Shown here in pieces: positions 33,676 through 44,300 of a stretch of DNA of 64,000 nt. The translations under genes were made by a program, and so were the position numbers. Origin of the DNA: Tetramitus jugosus (Eukaryota > Protista > Heterolobosea). The stretch lies in contig OW569350.1 in assembly GCA_937625935.1 (NCBI GenBank), forward strand, positions 558,001 to 622,000, in the 5' to 3' direction. The notes below the pieces were generated by a model that ran no database searches, was not told the DNA's origin, and saw only the letters and a program-made list of their open reading frames with translations. Positions within the stretch are counted from its first letter, which is position 1. The number at the start of each line of letters is the position of its first letter.

Positions 33676-34731
33676 TTACCACACTGTTTCATGTCGAAGC
33701 ATCATTACTACAGTGATGGTGGAAATTCGGGGACAATAGAGTGTTGTCACATGGAGAAGGTGATACCACTGCATGGATGCATTGAAAAATCTGGGCGCGA
33801 ATCCATCTTCTTCTTGTGCAATATACTGAAGCAATTCTGTAACGTCACTCTTTGAGAAGAAGATTGGGTTAGCCCATGGCAACACAGAATAAAAAACTTG
33901 ACTCAGATGCTCTTGAATTTCATCATCTTCAATCATATCCTCTCCAGTTTCAGCGATTTTATCCTGATGGACAAACGGGGTCATCTCATCTTCATCTCGC
34001 ATATCAGGAGAGATTCCAACTGCTTCATCCGATGTGGATTCATTCTTGGTTGGCACAAACAAATGTTGTGGAGGCTTGGAGTGCAATGTAGCATGACACA
34101 GACGATAGAGCGGTATTTCTGTAAAGTCTCGTTTGTACCCTATCTGAATATCATCACTCAACAACACATTGTGTTCATTTTCACACAAGAGACTTCGAAT
34201 CACACAGACACGATGCATTTCTTCACCCATTAACCCTCCACTCTTGTTCATTGCATCGTTCACCTTGAACATTTTGACACGAACTCCCCTAAGTTCATCA
34301 CTAACGTAGTATGAATTAGATTTCAGTTCACCTGATTCTGCCTTCTGAAATGCGTCTTTTACTTTCTGATCAATGAGTGTTTCGTCCAAGAGAACAGGAA
34401 GCTCATTCATCAATCGATAAAACATGTTAAAGTAATGATCCATCTCCAACTGTTGTTCTTTCTCTTCTTCTTGCTTGTTTTCATCATTTCCCTCATTGCA
34501 ACACTTTTCTACTTCTTCTCCATCATCACCATCATCATTTGTTGGCTGTTGTGCAGTTTGTGCAGCACAGGCAATCATCTTTTGATAAAATGGCTTCCAG
34601 ATGGCATTGGAATGAAGTCCATGAGAAATGATTCCATTCCACTCTTGACATACCAATCTCAATTGAGCCAACTGAGTCAATGGACAGAACAATAAAATGG
34701 AATAAAATTCATCATCAGAAACCTCCAACAT
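33676..34731 (-). CDS. F-box protein (paralog B), inverted relative to paralog A
   Basis: Long blocks identical to 20676-21755 at protein and DNA level. Confidence 0.8.
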   Translation of the reverse strand: MLEVSDDEFYSILLFCPLTQLAQLRLVCQEWNGIISHGLHSNAIWKPFYQKMIACAAQTAQQPTNDDGDDGEEVEKCCNEGNDENKQEEEKEQQLEMDHYFNMFYRLMNELPVLLDETLIDQKVKDAFQKAESGELKSNSYYVSDELRGVRVKMFKVNDAMNKSGGLMGEEMHRVCVIRSLLCENEHNVLLSDDIQIGYKRDFTEIPLYRLCHATLHSKPPQHLFVPTKNESTSDEAVGISPDMRDEDEMTPFVHQDKIAETGEDMIEDDEIQEHLSQVFYSVLPWANPIFFSKSDVTELLQYIAQEEDGFAPRFFNASMQWYHLLHVTTLYCPRISTITVVMMLRHETVW

Positions 34732-34799
34732 GTTTTTGTGGGATGTGAAGAAAGCTAAGAACAGATTAATTTTCTCGAGAGTATGGTTATCTATTCATA

Positions 34800-37000
34800 G
34801 ATATCCAAGCCTGACCTCATAACTTGTGCCACTTTTTTCAATACATACTGACATGTCTCTTCGCTAGCGAGTCTTTATACATACGTTTGATGCATCACAC
34901 TGTTTGGCCGCGTTTGAGGTCATACGAATACCGTGGCAATGCATCCTGTCGGCACGCCACTTATGGTAGGAGTGTTTTGCACACTACTGTCTGTTCCTTG
35001 ACTGATACACATTCTATCTGTCTTTGTGTTCCTCCTTTGAGGTTAGTGTGCAGTCAACTATTTTTTCTCCTTGGTTCTTTCTGCTTGATTAGATTGCGTT
35101 CTCATTAGCAGGTAGACTTGTTCTTGCTCTTCTTCATCATCAGGGTTCTCCTCCTCCCATTGCTCAGTCTCTTTCTGTTCATGCTGCTCCGTGGAGCCAC
35201 TCGAAGAACTGCCACCAACGCTTGCTGATGCACCTTGTCTAACAGAAAGCAGCCATACATGACATTGACACCAGTTTGGAGATGTTGTTGAAGAATCCAC
35301 AGTGAATCTCTGCTAGCTCTCACCTAACGTTTCTCTTCCTTGTGAGAGGGAGTTTAATTTTTTTGTCGCCAGGAAGCCCAATCTTGCTGTCTATCTTAAC
35401 TGCTTCCATTTTCTAGTTTTTTTTCGACAGTAAAACGTGGTGTTTCGCTAGAATGATCACACGGTTCCCAACTTCTGTCTTTATCACTTCTAACCTTTTT
35501 TGACTGTGTCTGAGTTTAACTCCGCAAGGTATCAACTTCAATAGTACACGTCCAACATAGATTGTGGGGTTGGGTTCCTGGGGAAGCGTTTCATTGCTAC
35601 CGATCCGTGCTTAACCAACATCCTTTCCAGTCTGTCACCTTGTATCCCCCTGTCCAATCAGTGAACTCTGACGCATACTTGAAAATAGGGTGAATACATG
35701 TGTTCACTACCCTTTCCGCCTGTCTGGGAGTTAGGTTCATCATTTTCCACCTAATCATCAGTCTTTGGGACTTGTTCCATGCCTGCTCAATTTGTTGCTT
35801 TGTGTCCCTTAAGGTTGATAAAGAGACCCAGTGTTGAAAGGCTCGTGATTGATGTTGTACCACATCACTTTTAACATTGTGTCATTTCAAACTGGGTTTG
35901 ATTCATTTCAGCATTGTGAGTCGTAACTATTGTTGATGCAACCTCTTTGCTGACTTATATCATGTCTTTCATCTAAGCCATCCTTTCGGTGGTTTTGAGG
36001 AATGCCTTCTTCCTCGAGTTCTCCGATAGTGTTGTGTTGGTTCCTCGTTTGCCACTGCTTAATTGAGCCGGCTCAAGGAAACTTTGTGGCTGTATTTGAT
36101 CTTCCACGTTGTTTGGAATCACGGATGTTTCTTGATGTTGATCTACATCACTGGTCTCTGCTAGCATCATTTCCCTATGTACTAACTGTCGTATCCCTGT
36201 CAAAGTTATGTTGTGAAACTTCGCACTATGGTGATCACTTCACTTTCTACCACCACTAGCTCAGGAGTAGTCTCTAGCTGTGGCTTGGGCAACTTCTTGT
36301 TTCGGCATTGGAACCAGTTTGTTGCCACCTTGACCCTTTGTCTTTCCTAATTTCTTGGTGAGTTCTGTGACCTGTCGACGCAGTCCGTCAACCACCGTCA
36401 GCAGCTCCTCATACATCTTGGTCAATCTCTTGTTCACAGCCATGAGAGGATCATGTGGTCTCTCGACGTATCGAGTGACCGTGGCCTTGACCTTGTTCTC
36501 TCCGCTGAGCACTGCTCGTGCATAGGTTTCATCACCCATGACCACGAAAGCAGTGTCACGCTTCTTTAGCACACTGGCAACCTTCTCAGGTCCCAGTAGC
36601 TTCTTGATGTCGTCCACTGACATGTTCTTCATGCCATGGACGACCACCTTTCTTGTGCAATCAACACTGCGCTTGGGTGCAGCAGTGCTGTTGCCAATCC
36701 TCCTCTGTTTGTTGAATAGCTCTACAACCTCATAGATGCGGTCACCCTTGACCGTCACCCATGCAACAAAGAGTTGCTGGCCTTTCCTCTTGATGACCTG
36801 GACTCGGTTGAGCCAGTCACCAAACTCCTCTCCTATCTTTCTTGCCAAAGATGACTGAGAGACACCATTTCCGTTGCCAGTAATGACGACCTCTCTGTCA
36901 CTTGGCCTAGAGCCTTTCCATGCAGTGGTCCATACTGCATAACGGCTGTTACCGTATTCCTTCACCAAATTTGTTGAATCACCAGACATGTGATTCCGTT
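34800..37000 (-). mobile_element. Degenerate non-LTR retrotransposon copies (ORF1 plus ORF2 remnants), probably two stacked elements; left boundary approximate
   Basis: Intact ORF1 part at 36261-36989; post-RT fragment LTPRQAERVVNTCIHPIFKYASEF (35597-35863) matches RQLARIVNTYIHPVFLYACEF near 45895-45957. Confidence 0.65.
36261..36989 (-). CDS. Retroelement ORF1-like protein (RRM-like + coiled coil), probably prematurely terminated
   Basis: Clear paralog of 37141-38385 (shared RYAVWTTA, RVQVIK, VAWVTV, KVV.HG.K, DTAFVVM, LTKMY.ELL). Confidence 0.7.
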   Translation of the reverse strand: MSGDSTNLVKEYGNSRYAVWTTAWKGSRPSDREVVITGNGNGVSQSSLARKIGEEFGDWLNRVQVIKRKGQQLFVAWVTVKGDRIYEVVELFNKQRRIGNSTAAPKRSVDCTRKVVVHGMKNMSVDDIKKLLGPEKVASVLKKRDTAFVVMGDETYARAVLSGENKVKATVTRYVERPHDPLMAVNKRLTKMYEELLTVVDGLRRQVTELTKKLGKTKGQGGNKLVPMPKQEVAQATARDYS

Positions 37001-37016
37001 TTCTGCGTTTTTTTTT

Positions 37017-38399
37017 AAATACAACAAATGGTGCTCACGCACCACGTTGCGGAACTTTTATTTTTCTTTTGCGTGAGAGCAGGCTTGCCTGCTCTCAATT
37101 GTCTAACATGATGTGGTGCTTGCCCAGTGGAGTGGCAGGCCTACGCAACAGGATTCATTCTCTTCTTGGAATGTTGTTTTGATCCCTTCTTCAGGGATTC
37201 GTTGCGAGGGCCTCCACTACCATCTGGAGCACCACTGGTGAGGTCAGATGGCTCCGTAGTCCTAGCCAGTTGGTAGGACCTACGGAGAGCACCTGACTTG
37301 ATACTGGCCAACCTGGCCGGGATCTTGTTGGCAGCAGTGTCACCAACGGTGACACGTGCTGATCGCTTCTTGTGTTCGTTGAGTTGGGGACTCTGTAACT
37401 CACAGTCGGGGTTACTGAGATCCAACTCAACTGGATCTTCTTCGGTGGTTGTGCTTCTTGCACGGTCCACCATGATTGCTCGGGCAGCAATCTCTTTCTT
37501 GACTTTCTTGAACACCTCGGAGGTGTTCAATACTAGCTCGAGGATTGCTCTGTTACGAGCATCCTCATCAATGGTGTTGTTGGTTGGCTCTTGGGAGACC
37601 GTAGTTGGAGTGGCGGGATGGGACTCCGGCATGATCGACTCCCAGTCATCGGTCGTAGACGGAGTCGAAGGTTCGGATTCGGAGATTCGCTCCGGCGTCC
37701 TTGGAGACGGGGACGCGAGGGGAATCCGGTTGACGGAAGCCATATCTTTTAACACACTGACTTGGTGGCGCAGGTCGTCCACCACAGCCAGTAGCTCTTG
37801 GTACATCTTGGTCAGCTTCTTGCTGACAGCCTTGACCGGATCACGTTGGCGTGGAAGGAAGCGCTTTGCTTCCACCTCCACTGGCATGGATTGAACGTTC
37901 CGAAGCAAAGCTTCGGCATACGTTTCGGACTCCATCACAACAAAGGCGGTGTCGTGCTTCTTGAGCACGTTCTTGACCTTTGTTGTGCCAAGCATGGCCT
38001 TGATGTCGTCCTCAGTCTTACCTTTAACTCCGTGGAGGACGACCTTCTTGGCACAATCTACGTTGTGCTTGAGTGCTGCCTTGCAGCCACTCATCTTCTT
38101 GTTGCGGTTGAAGGATTCAACAAATGGGTAAATGTTGTCATCAACAACAGTTACCCACGCAACAAACCTCTTGGGGCCCTTCTTGATGACTTGGACCCTG
38201 GTGAGCAATTCACCAAAATCCAAGCCAATCTTCTTGGCCAAGGCAGCCTTGGGAGAGTCATCACACTTTCCAGTGATGATGACCTCCTTGCTGCTTGGAG
38301 CAGTTCCTCTTGGTGCTGTGGTCCACACAGCATAGCGTGGATTCTCATACTCGCGAACAACAGGGGTGTGTGTTCGTTTTTTCATCGGCGTTTTTTAAA
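37017..38399 (-). mobile_element. ORF1-only polyadenylated retroelement inserted upstream of tRNA-Ala
   Basis: Flanked by the direct repeat TTCTGCGTTTTTT (37001-37013, 38400-38412); the 3' end on the minus strand reads AATAAA...TTGTTGTATTT-poly(A); a single 414-aa ORF fills the element. Confidence 0.8.
37141..38385 (-). CDS. Retroelement ORF1-like protein (RRM-like domains, coiled coil, disordered tail)
   Basis: Intact 414-aa ORF; RRM-like KKVVLHGVKGKTEDDIKAML...TAFVVMESETYAEALL; heptad LTKMYQELLAVVDDLRHQV; higher GC than host genes. Confidence 0.72.
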   Translation of the reverse strand: MKKRTHTPVVREYENPRYAVWTTAPRGTAPSSKEVIITGKCDDSPKAALAKKIGLDFGELLTRVQVIKKGPKRFVAWVTVVDDNIYPFVESFNRNKKMSGCKAALKHNVDCAKKVVLHGVKGKTEDDIKAMLGTTKVKNVLKKHDTAFVVMESETYAEALLRNVQSMPVEVEAKRFLPRQRDPVKAVSKKLTKMYQELLAVVDDLRHQVSVLKDMASVNRIPLASPSPRTPERISESEPSTPSTTDDWESIMPESHPATPTTVSQEPTNNTIDEDARNRAILELVLNTSEVFKKVKKEIAARAIMVDRARSTTTEEDPVELDLSNPDCELQSPQLNEHKKRSARVTVGDTAANKIPARLASIKSGALRRSYQLARTTEPSDLTSGAPDGSGGPRNESLKKGSKQHSKKRMNPVA

Positions 38400-38455
38400 T
38401 TCTGCGTTTTTTCTTTCATTGCGCTTTTCTTCCATAGTTAGGGTATCATAATGGA

Positions 38456-38528
38456 GGGGGCGTGGCTCAGTTGGTAGAGCGCTTCCTTAGCATGGAAGAG
38501 GTCCTGGGTTCGATTCCCGGCGCCTCCA
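38456..38528 (+). tRNA. tRNA-Ala(AGC)
   Basis: Acceptor GGGGGCG/CGCCTCC with G3:U70; D arm TGGCTCAGTTGGTAGAGC; anticodon arm CTTCC-TTAGCAT-GGAAG; T loop GGTTCGATTCC. Confidence 0.97.
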
Positions 38529-38899
38529 GGAATTTTAAATATTGCACTTTCTACAGAAAGGCCAAGTTTTTGTGATAACTGGCTTGGTACCGCAGTGGTG
38601 AGAACTCGACCAATATGATTGAATGTTGCATGGACCTCATATGAGTTTCAGACCGAAAAAGGAACGCTACTTCCTTTGTTTCTTCCTTCGACGAAGTTCT
38701 CTCATCAGACGGTGCTGTAGTAGATGAATTTTTCAATGAGAGTGGCAGATCACAACAACTATTTACACACCTAACTCTAACAGTGTATTTATAGATACAA
38801 TTATCGGCTTCTGTCAGCTCATCAACAAGCATAGAAAGTAAAATATTGGCTTCGGGTTTGTCATTGCCAAACCATACGCAGAACAGAATATTTTAAAAC

Positions 38900-39350
38900 T
38901 TACATCTTTCTTCGAAAGAGCTCATTACAGACCAAATAAATAGGAATATCTGATACCTTTGAACTTCTTGCTCCATAGTTAAGAATGAAAACATAACCAC
39001 CCGATTCATTCTTAATAGGTGCTGCTATCACCTTATACACAAGACCATCATATACATCAGTAATCTTGTTTTTATTCAAGTTGAATCTGCAACGACGGTA
39101 GTGTTGTGCAAGGTCGTAGAAAGCTCGATCATTCTCTAATCGCTTCAATAATTGTTCAATTGAATTACTCACAAGAAGGATTCATCTTACAAGTTCCATT
39201 GCATGATGGTATACCCGAAACGATACGATGGTGTCTACAGAAGTATAGTCTTTTTAACTGCATATCATCTATGGATTCAAACTCTTCAACTTCAGGTCTA
39301 TTGGATTTTTTGTTCTTCATCTTCCCTGCCCTCACCCACTATTAAATTCA
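38900..39350 (-). mobile_element. Remnant of a CACTA/Mirage-like DNA transposase
   Basis: Fragment SIEQLLKRL...KITDVYDGLVYK resembles the DI/VxDGxxYK motif of En/Spm/Mirage transposases; frames are broken. Confidence 0.4.
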
Positions 39351-40280
39351 AGTTGATTGGGATCGGGTGAGGAGGAAACCAAGTATTATTTGCTATTGGT
39401 GGCGCACTGCGATCTTTTAATTTATTGTTGTAAGTGGAGAGGTAGTCATCAAAGCACAAAGTAAAACTCAAAATTTTTCTTTGTTAACTACTATTAACAA
39501 ACTAACCCATAACTTCTATTGCGTATGTCAAAAAGCGAAACTGTAGTTGGCTGTCGTTATTGATTCCGTCATACCGTTATGCATCACATCAGCTCTTTAC
39601 TCTGGATGTAAAATAGTCATTCATGTAGACATGCTTTCGAATCTACTTGGACTCCCTACCAAACTTCAAAGTTCGTTGAAAGCACTATGAGGCATTTTAA
39701 GAAAGAGAAGAAGAACAGAAGTGACCGATCTAATTTCAACAAGTAGATTAGAAGTGAAAGAAGTGGTGTGTCCTATGGTATCGCAGAAAGTATTTGAAGT
39801 CCGTGGTTGATAAAGGAGACGAGGAGAATTTCTAGAGTTAGAAAACTCCTTCAGTTAAAGGTGTCTCTTGCTTTAATTTTTTGAAATAAAGTGGAAGTTT
39901 TTTTCACTTCATTTAGGAAAAAAGAAAGAGTTGTGGTCACGAGTGTATCATCTCATTATTGAAACTTTTAGTATAAATAATAAAGTTGTGGTGTATAGTG
40001 CTCATGTTTAGGCACACTAGATTTGCGTCCAGCCCGAATACCTGTGTTGCACGTTAATATATCACAACTAACAAACAACAACATTTCACTCTCAAGCCCC
40101 ATCGTGGAGTGTTTGAACCCAAACCGAAGCAAAGATTGTTGATTGGCGGGCAGAAGTTACCTTCCGAGTTCGTTTCACTGGTTATGGGCCATCAGATGAC
40201 TCGTGCGAGAGAACTGGAGATATTCAATCAACAGCCTCCAATTCTTTGTGTTTCTTCTTTTTTTCTTCCATCCTTTCCAG

Positions 40281-41125
40281 CTGGCTGTTATTCTGACAAA
40301 CTCACATGAAAATTTCCTAAAAATTTATGTAATGAAAAAATCTCGGATAATGCGATATTATGAACTATCCAACCCTGCCTGTCTATGAATGCATACAAGG
40401 GTTTAGTTATGTGAAAATACATCGACATGAGACAAGAAAAAATTAAATGTTCCATCTTATTCCTTTTGATCTCTGCCTCAAATTTCCTGTGATAGATGTT
40501 CTCATAAAAACTTTCCATTCTTAAACTGAATTCAACAACAATTTCGTGAGAATGACAGTAGAAGCGGGCTATGGTACGGCTTAAATATCGCCCCTTGCAC
40601 TTACTTGGAGATCCAGCGCAGCCGATACACAAATGCCCATTCAATCCCGCGTCGAGAAATACAGCCACCAAGAATTAAGGTGAAATGACCCAAACTTTTT
40701 TTCCTCATGTACATTCCACATGTAACAAACACACAACCAGTGAGAAGAACGTGATTGTGCCTGAACTCAGTGTTCAACGACCCACATGTGGAAAAAAAAC
40801 TATAAACATGTTCAATTCCAATCTCTTCTTGTCACTCTCAAGAACTCTCGATAATAATCACAACAAACCATATTGATCTTGAGTCCCGCCACCAAGTAGT
40901 CCACATTTTGAAATTCGGTCGAATTAGAGAGATGATTGCTACAATATTCCTCTTAAAATTAAAATCATAACGTTTGAATCCAGTGACCGTTTTTATCTTC
41001 CTGTACCATCGATGTTGACCAGAGGATGGCTTCTGAATCATATGCGCGGTTCCGTCAATAACAAATATGATTCTTTCCCTTGTTGAGGAACATGGTCGCT
41101 CGTTGGGTAAAAATTGAACGAAGTA
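40281..41125 (-). mobile_element. Decayed partial relative of the Harbinger-like element at 4025-6616
   Basis: 40558-40650 aligns with 4294-4390, and 40684-41070 aligns with the transposase 3' half (4432-4920), with indels. A TIR-like GGCTGTTATTCTGA at 40283-40296 lies at the same spacing as in the intact copy. Confidence 0.8.
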
Positions 41126-41230
41126 AGTATCTCTTAAACAGCAGATTAATTACAATCCCAAAAATGAAGTGATGGCAGCAGTTCTTCATTCACGATTCAC
41201 TACAGTTGCAAGACAAGGAGTCAAAAACTC

Positions 41231-41310
41231 TGACGAGGGCGGGATTTGAACCCGCGCCCCGAAGGACTGCGGCCTTAACACAGCGTCTTAGACCACTCGA
41301 CCACCTCGCC
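41231..41310 (-). tRNA. tRNA-Leu(AAG)
   Basis: Reverse complement GGCGAGG...CCTCGTCA; anticodon arm CTGTG-TTAAGGC-CGCAG; long variable arm; GGTTCAAATCC; TTTTT terminator just downstream. Confidence 0.96.
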
Positions 41311-41353
41311 ATCTTATTAAACTAAACTTTACGGAATGGGAGTTTGTACCAGA

Positions 41354-44300
41354 GTGACCCGTACTCACAAAACAAGTCAATAAATGAGCAATCGTGTGCT
41401 TGCTGCGCAAGCACACATGGTTGTATGGCAAAAAGAAAAGAAAAAGGAGTTGGGGCACCATGCCAGGTATGAATGTTTTGCTTCACGAAGACGAGTACTG
41501 GATTTGAAGATGCTCGACCTTACGAGCGTATGATTATCAAGCGTATCCAGTCTGGTACACTGATAATGCTCATGAGTGCGAAAAGTGTAGTATTGCTTGG
41601 AGCCTCCCTAGCGGGGACGCGAGATTGCTCCTCCGTTCGGGTAAAATAAGGAACTCACAGCTGTTCGATGACGATGGTGTCATGGCAATGACATACGAAG
41701 AGGCGAAGAAAAGGTTCAAAATGAAAGGGATCGGACGAGTTAAGTACATGAGAATACGGGCCTATATGGAACTTCTCGGCAAGCCGTGTGATGAGACATT
41801 TCTTGCAAGACGAAAAGTTCAGAGAGAATTGATTGTAACGGTGAAGGATGTTAGAATTGACAATCCTAACATCAGAGAAGGTCTGACGGAAGAACTTAAG
41901 AAGGCTAGAGCTGAGGCTATTGGTACAAACAAGAATTGGTGGTTAGAATCTGAAATGTCGAAGGAAAAGGAATGGAACCACTTTTTGAAGTGTCCATTCG
42001 GCCTAGAAAGGAAAGAACTTTGGTTCTATCATCAAGTCAGGAGTGGTACGCTTCACACAAAGATGGTGATGAGGAAATTGTACAATGCCAGTTTAGATGA
42101 AAAGTGTCTTAACTGTGGGGCTGCACCGGAGAGCATTTTACATCTGTTGGTGGAGTGTGACGCTGCCATTTCAGCCAGAAAGAAACTCGTAGAAGAGATG
42201 AAAGCTAAATTGGATAGGTTGATGCTACCGGACTCAGCCAAAATTGTGCTCTGGTTTGACGATACAATATATGAAAAGGGCAAGATACAACCACGAAATA
42301 TCAAGCGATCCTCTGAAGGGCTGTTAGAGGGACTAATGGGAAAAGAGGGGGACTTTAGGAAAGAACTATTGGATGAAATGGTGCTCTCCGGCAGGAAACA
42401 AAGGGAGGCAGAGAAGGTGATAAGATGTATGGTGGATTCCATGAAGAGGACCTGTGTCAAGGCACTTCACAAGGTATATATTAATTCTGTCGTGAAAAGA
42501 AGTGAAGCACTGCTCAGCACCTGACGGTGCTGAGCGGAATCATGACTCACAGTAGTGTATTGAATAAAGAGGCAACAATTGTTGTATGGAAAAAAAAAAG
42601 AGTTTGTACCAGAAATTGGATTGGGATCGCCCAGCAATCGAATGACTGCAAACAGTAGTAGCGCTCTGCGAGTGTTACTAACAAGAAAGAGGAGACGCTC
42701 TCCGAGCGTCACAAGGACGATCTGGGAGACTAAAGAAAGCAGAGAGTAATAAAAGAGCAATCGCGTGTTGTTTTAAAAAAAACAAAAGTTTGTACCAGAA
42801 TTTAACAACGGAACGCCTCCAAGTGGTTAGAGTAGAGTGTACCAGTGAAACCATGTACATTGCTCATCATTACGGTCCACATAAGATTGATGTTTCCCAC
42901 TACAACTATGTCAAAGAAACAATGAGCAGTATCGATTCATCTGGTAAGGTCTGGTAAGGTTCTATTTGGAGGACAATGTCATCTAGAATTGATTCTACAT
43001 GGGCCAACAGGGCAGCTCTAAGTGTCTTCCGAAACATAGAAGGGTTCACAAGAAATGGGGCTCTGAGTGATACCAACGTGGAAGTGGAACACAAGACTGA
43101 CACCTGGTTACCCGGGCTGGCTGTGGAGTTGTTTGGCGAACAGAGGACTACAAAGCGCTAGGTGGATAATAGGCTGTGAGAAGACTTATCCAGGGTACTA
43201 GGACTCACCACGAACCTTAAGTGGTGTGCTGTCCGAATGCACTGTTGTGGTGAGTCATGCAGCGGCATAGAGATAGAGTGAAAGAGGAGAAGGTATGGTA
43301 GTTTTTAAATTTATGAGATGCTATTTCAGAGTCGATCATGCTCTGGAATGGTTCGTGGCCCAGGTGAAAATAACACAAAGGCCGTTATTTATGTCGTTAT
43401 TTTTTAACATCTCTATGGAGTAGTGGACATGGATACGCTATGTCCCAAGTGCAAATTTGAACAGGAAACTGTGTTACATTGTCTCGTTAGATGCCCGGTG
43501 GCGATAATGGCAAGAAAGCTGTTGATGAAGTTTCCACCAAGCTGAGTAAAATGGGTCTTCACAAAGACCAAAGAGTAGACATGTGGTTCGACAACCAACG
43601 ATGGCGGAACGGCGCATTACTAGTCAATAAGCGGAGGAAAAAAAGAAAGGAATGCATGCTTGGTATGTTGTGTATTGAAACAAGGGTGCTGAAACAAGAC
43701 GAAGAGTGGAATAGAGAAGAAGAAGGTAAGGGAGAAAGTCCAACAATTTGTAGATCATACAAAGAGGAGATGTGTGGAGGACACTGATGCGACGCCTCTT
43801 CACGAGTTCAAAGGAGATCACTGGTTGCTAATGCTCTAGAGCAACTACTTGAATCAATAATGATGGCATTCTGCCGTCGCGAAATCGATATAGAGTATCA
43901 ACAAAGAAGTAAAATGAGTAACCAATGGTTGTATTTAAAAAAGAATTAAATAACGGATGCAAACAAACGGGAACACTCCCTCTCCAAGACATGCGTGTGC
44001 AACCCTCTAAAAGGGTGTTTCAGTCAACCGCCTTAAAGTAGTAATCAGGGCAACGACCAACAGGAGGTGGCGAGACACTGTGATGAAGTCACTGACATTC
44101 GCTCAACCTATAGTTGGAGTTGCGTCACTGAGCATGAATGTGAGCAGTATATGGAACACAAAGTGGAACAGCATAGATAGAGAGTAAGAAAGGAATTAAA
44201 CCTGATGGTCGAAGCACTGAGCAGAAAGGTTGCCCAAATGGAGCCCATGATGAAGAAAATAATTCTAAGAAAAGAGCCAACGATGATCCAGGTCTTCCAC

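Noticed and set aside
41340-42850. Repeated GTTTGTACCAGA units as a CRISPR-like array
   Set aside because: Eukaryotic context, very unequal spacing, each copy follows a poly-A tail, and no cas genes; better explained as target-site duplications.
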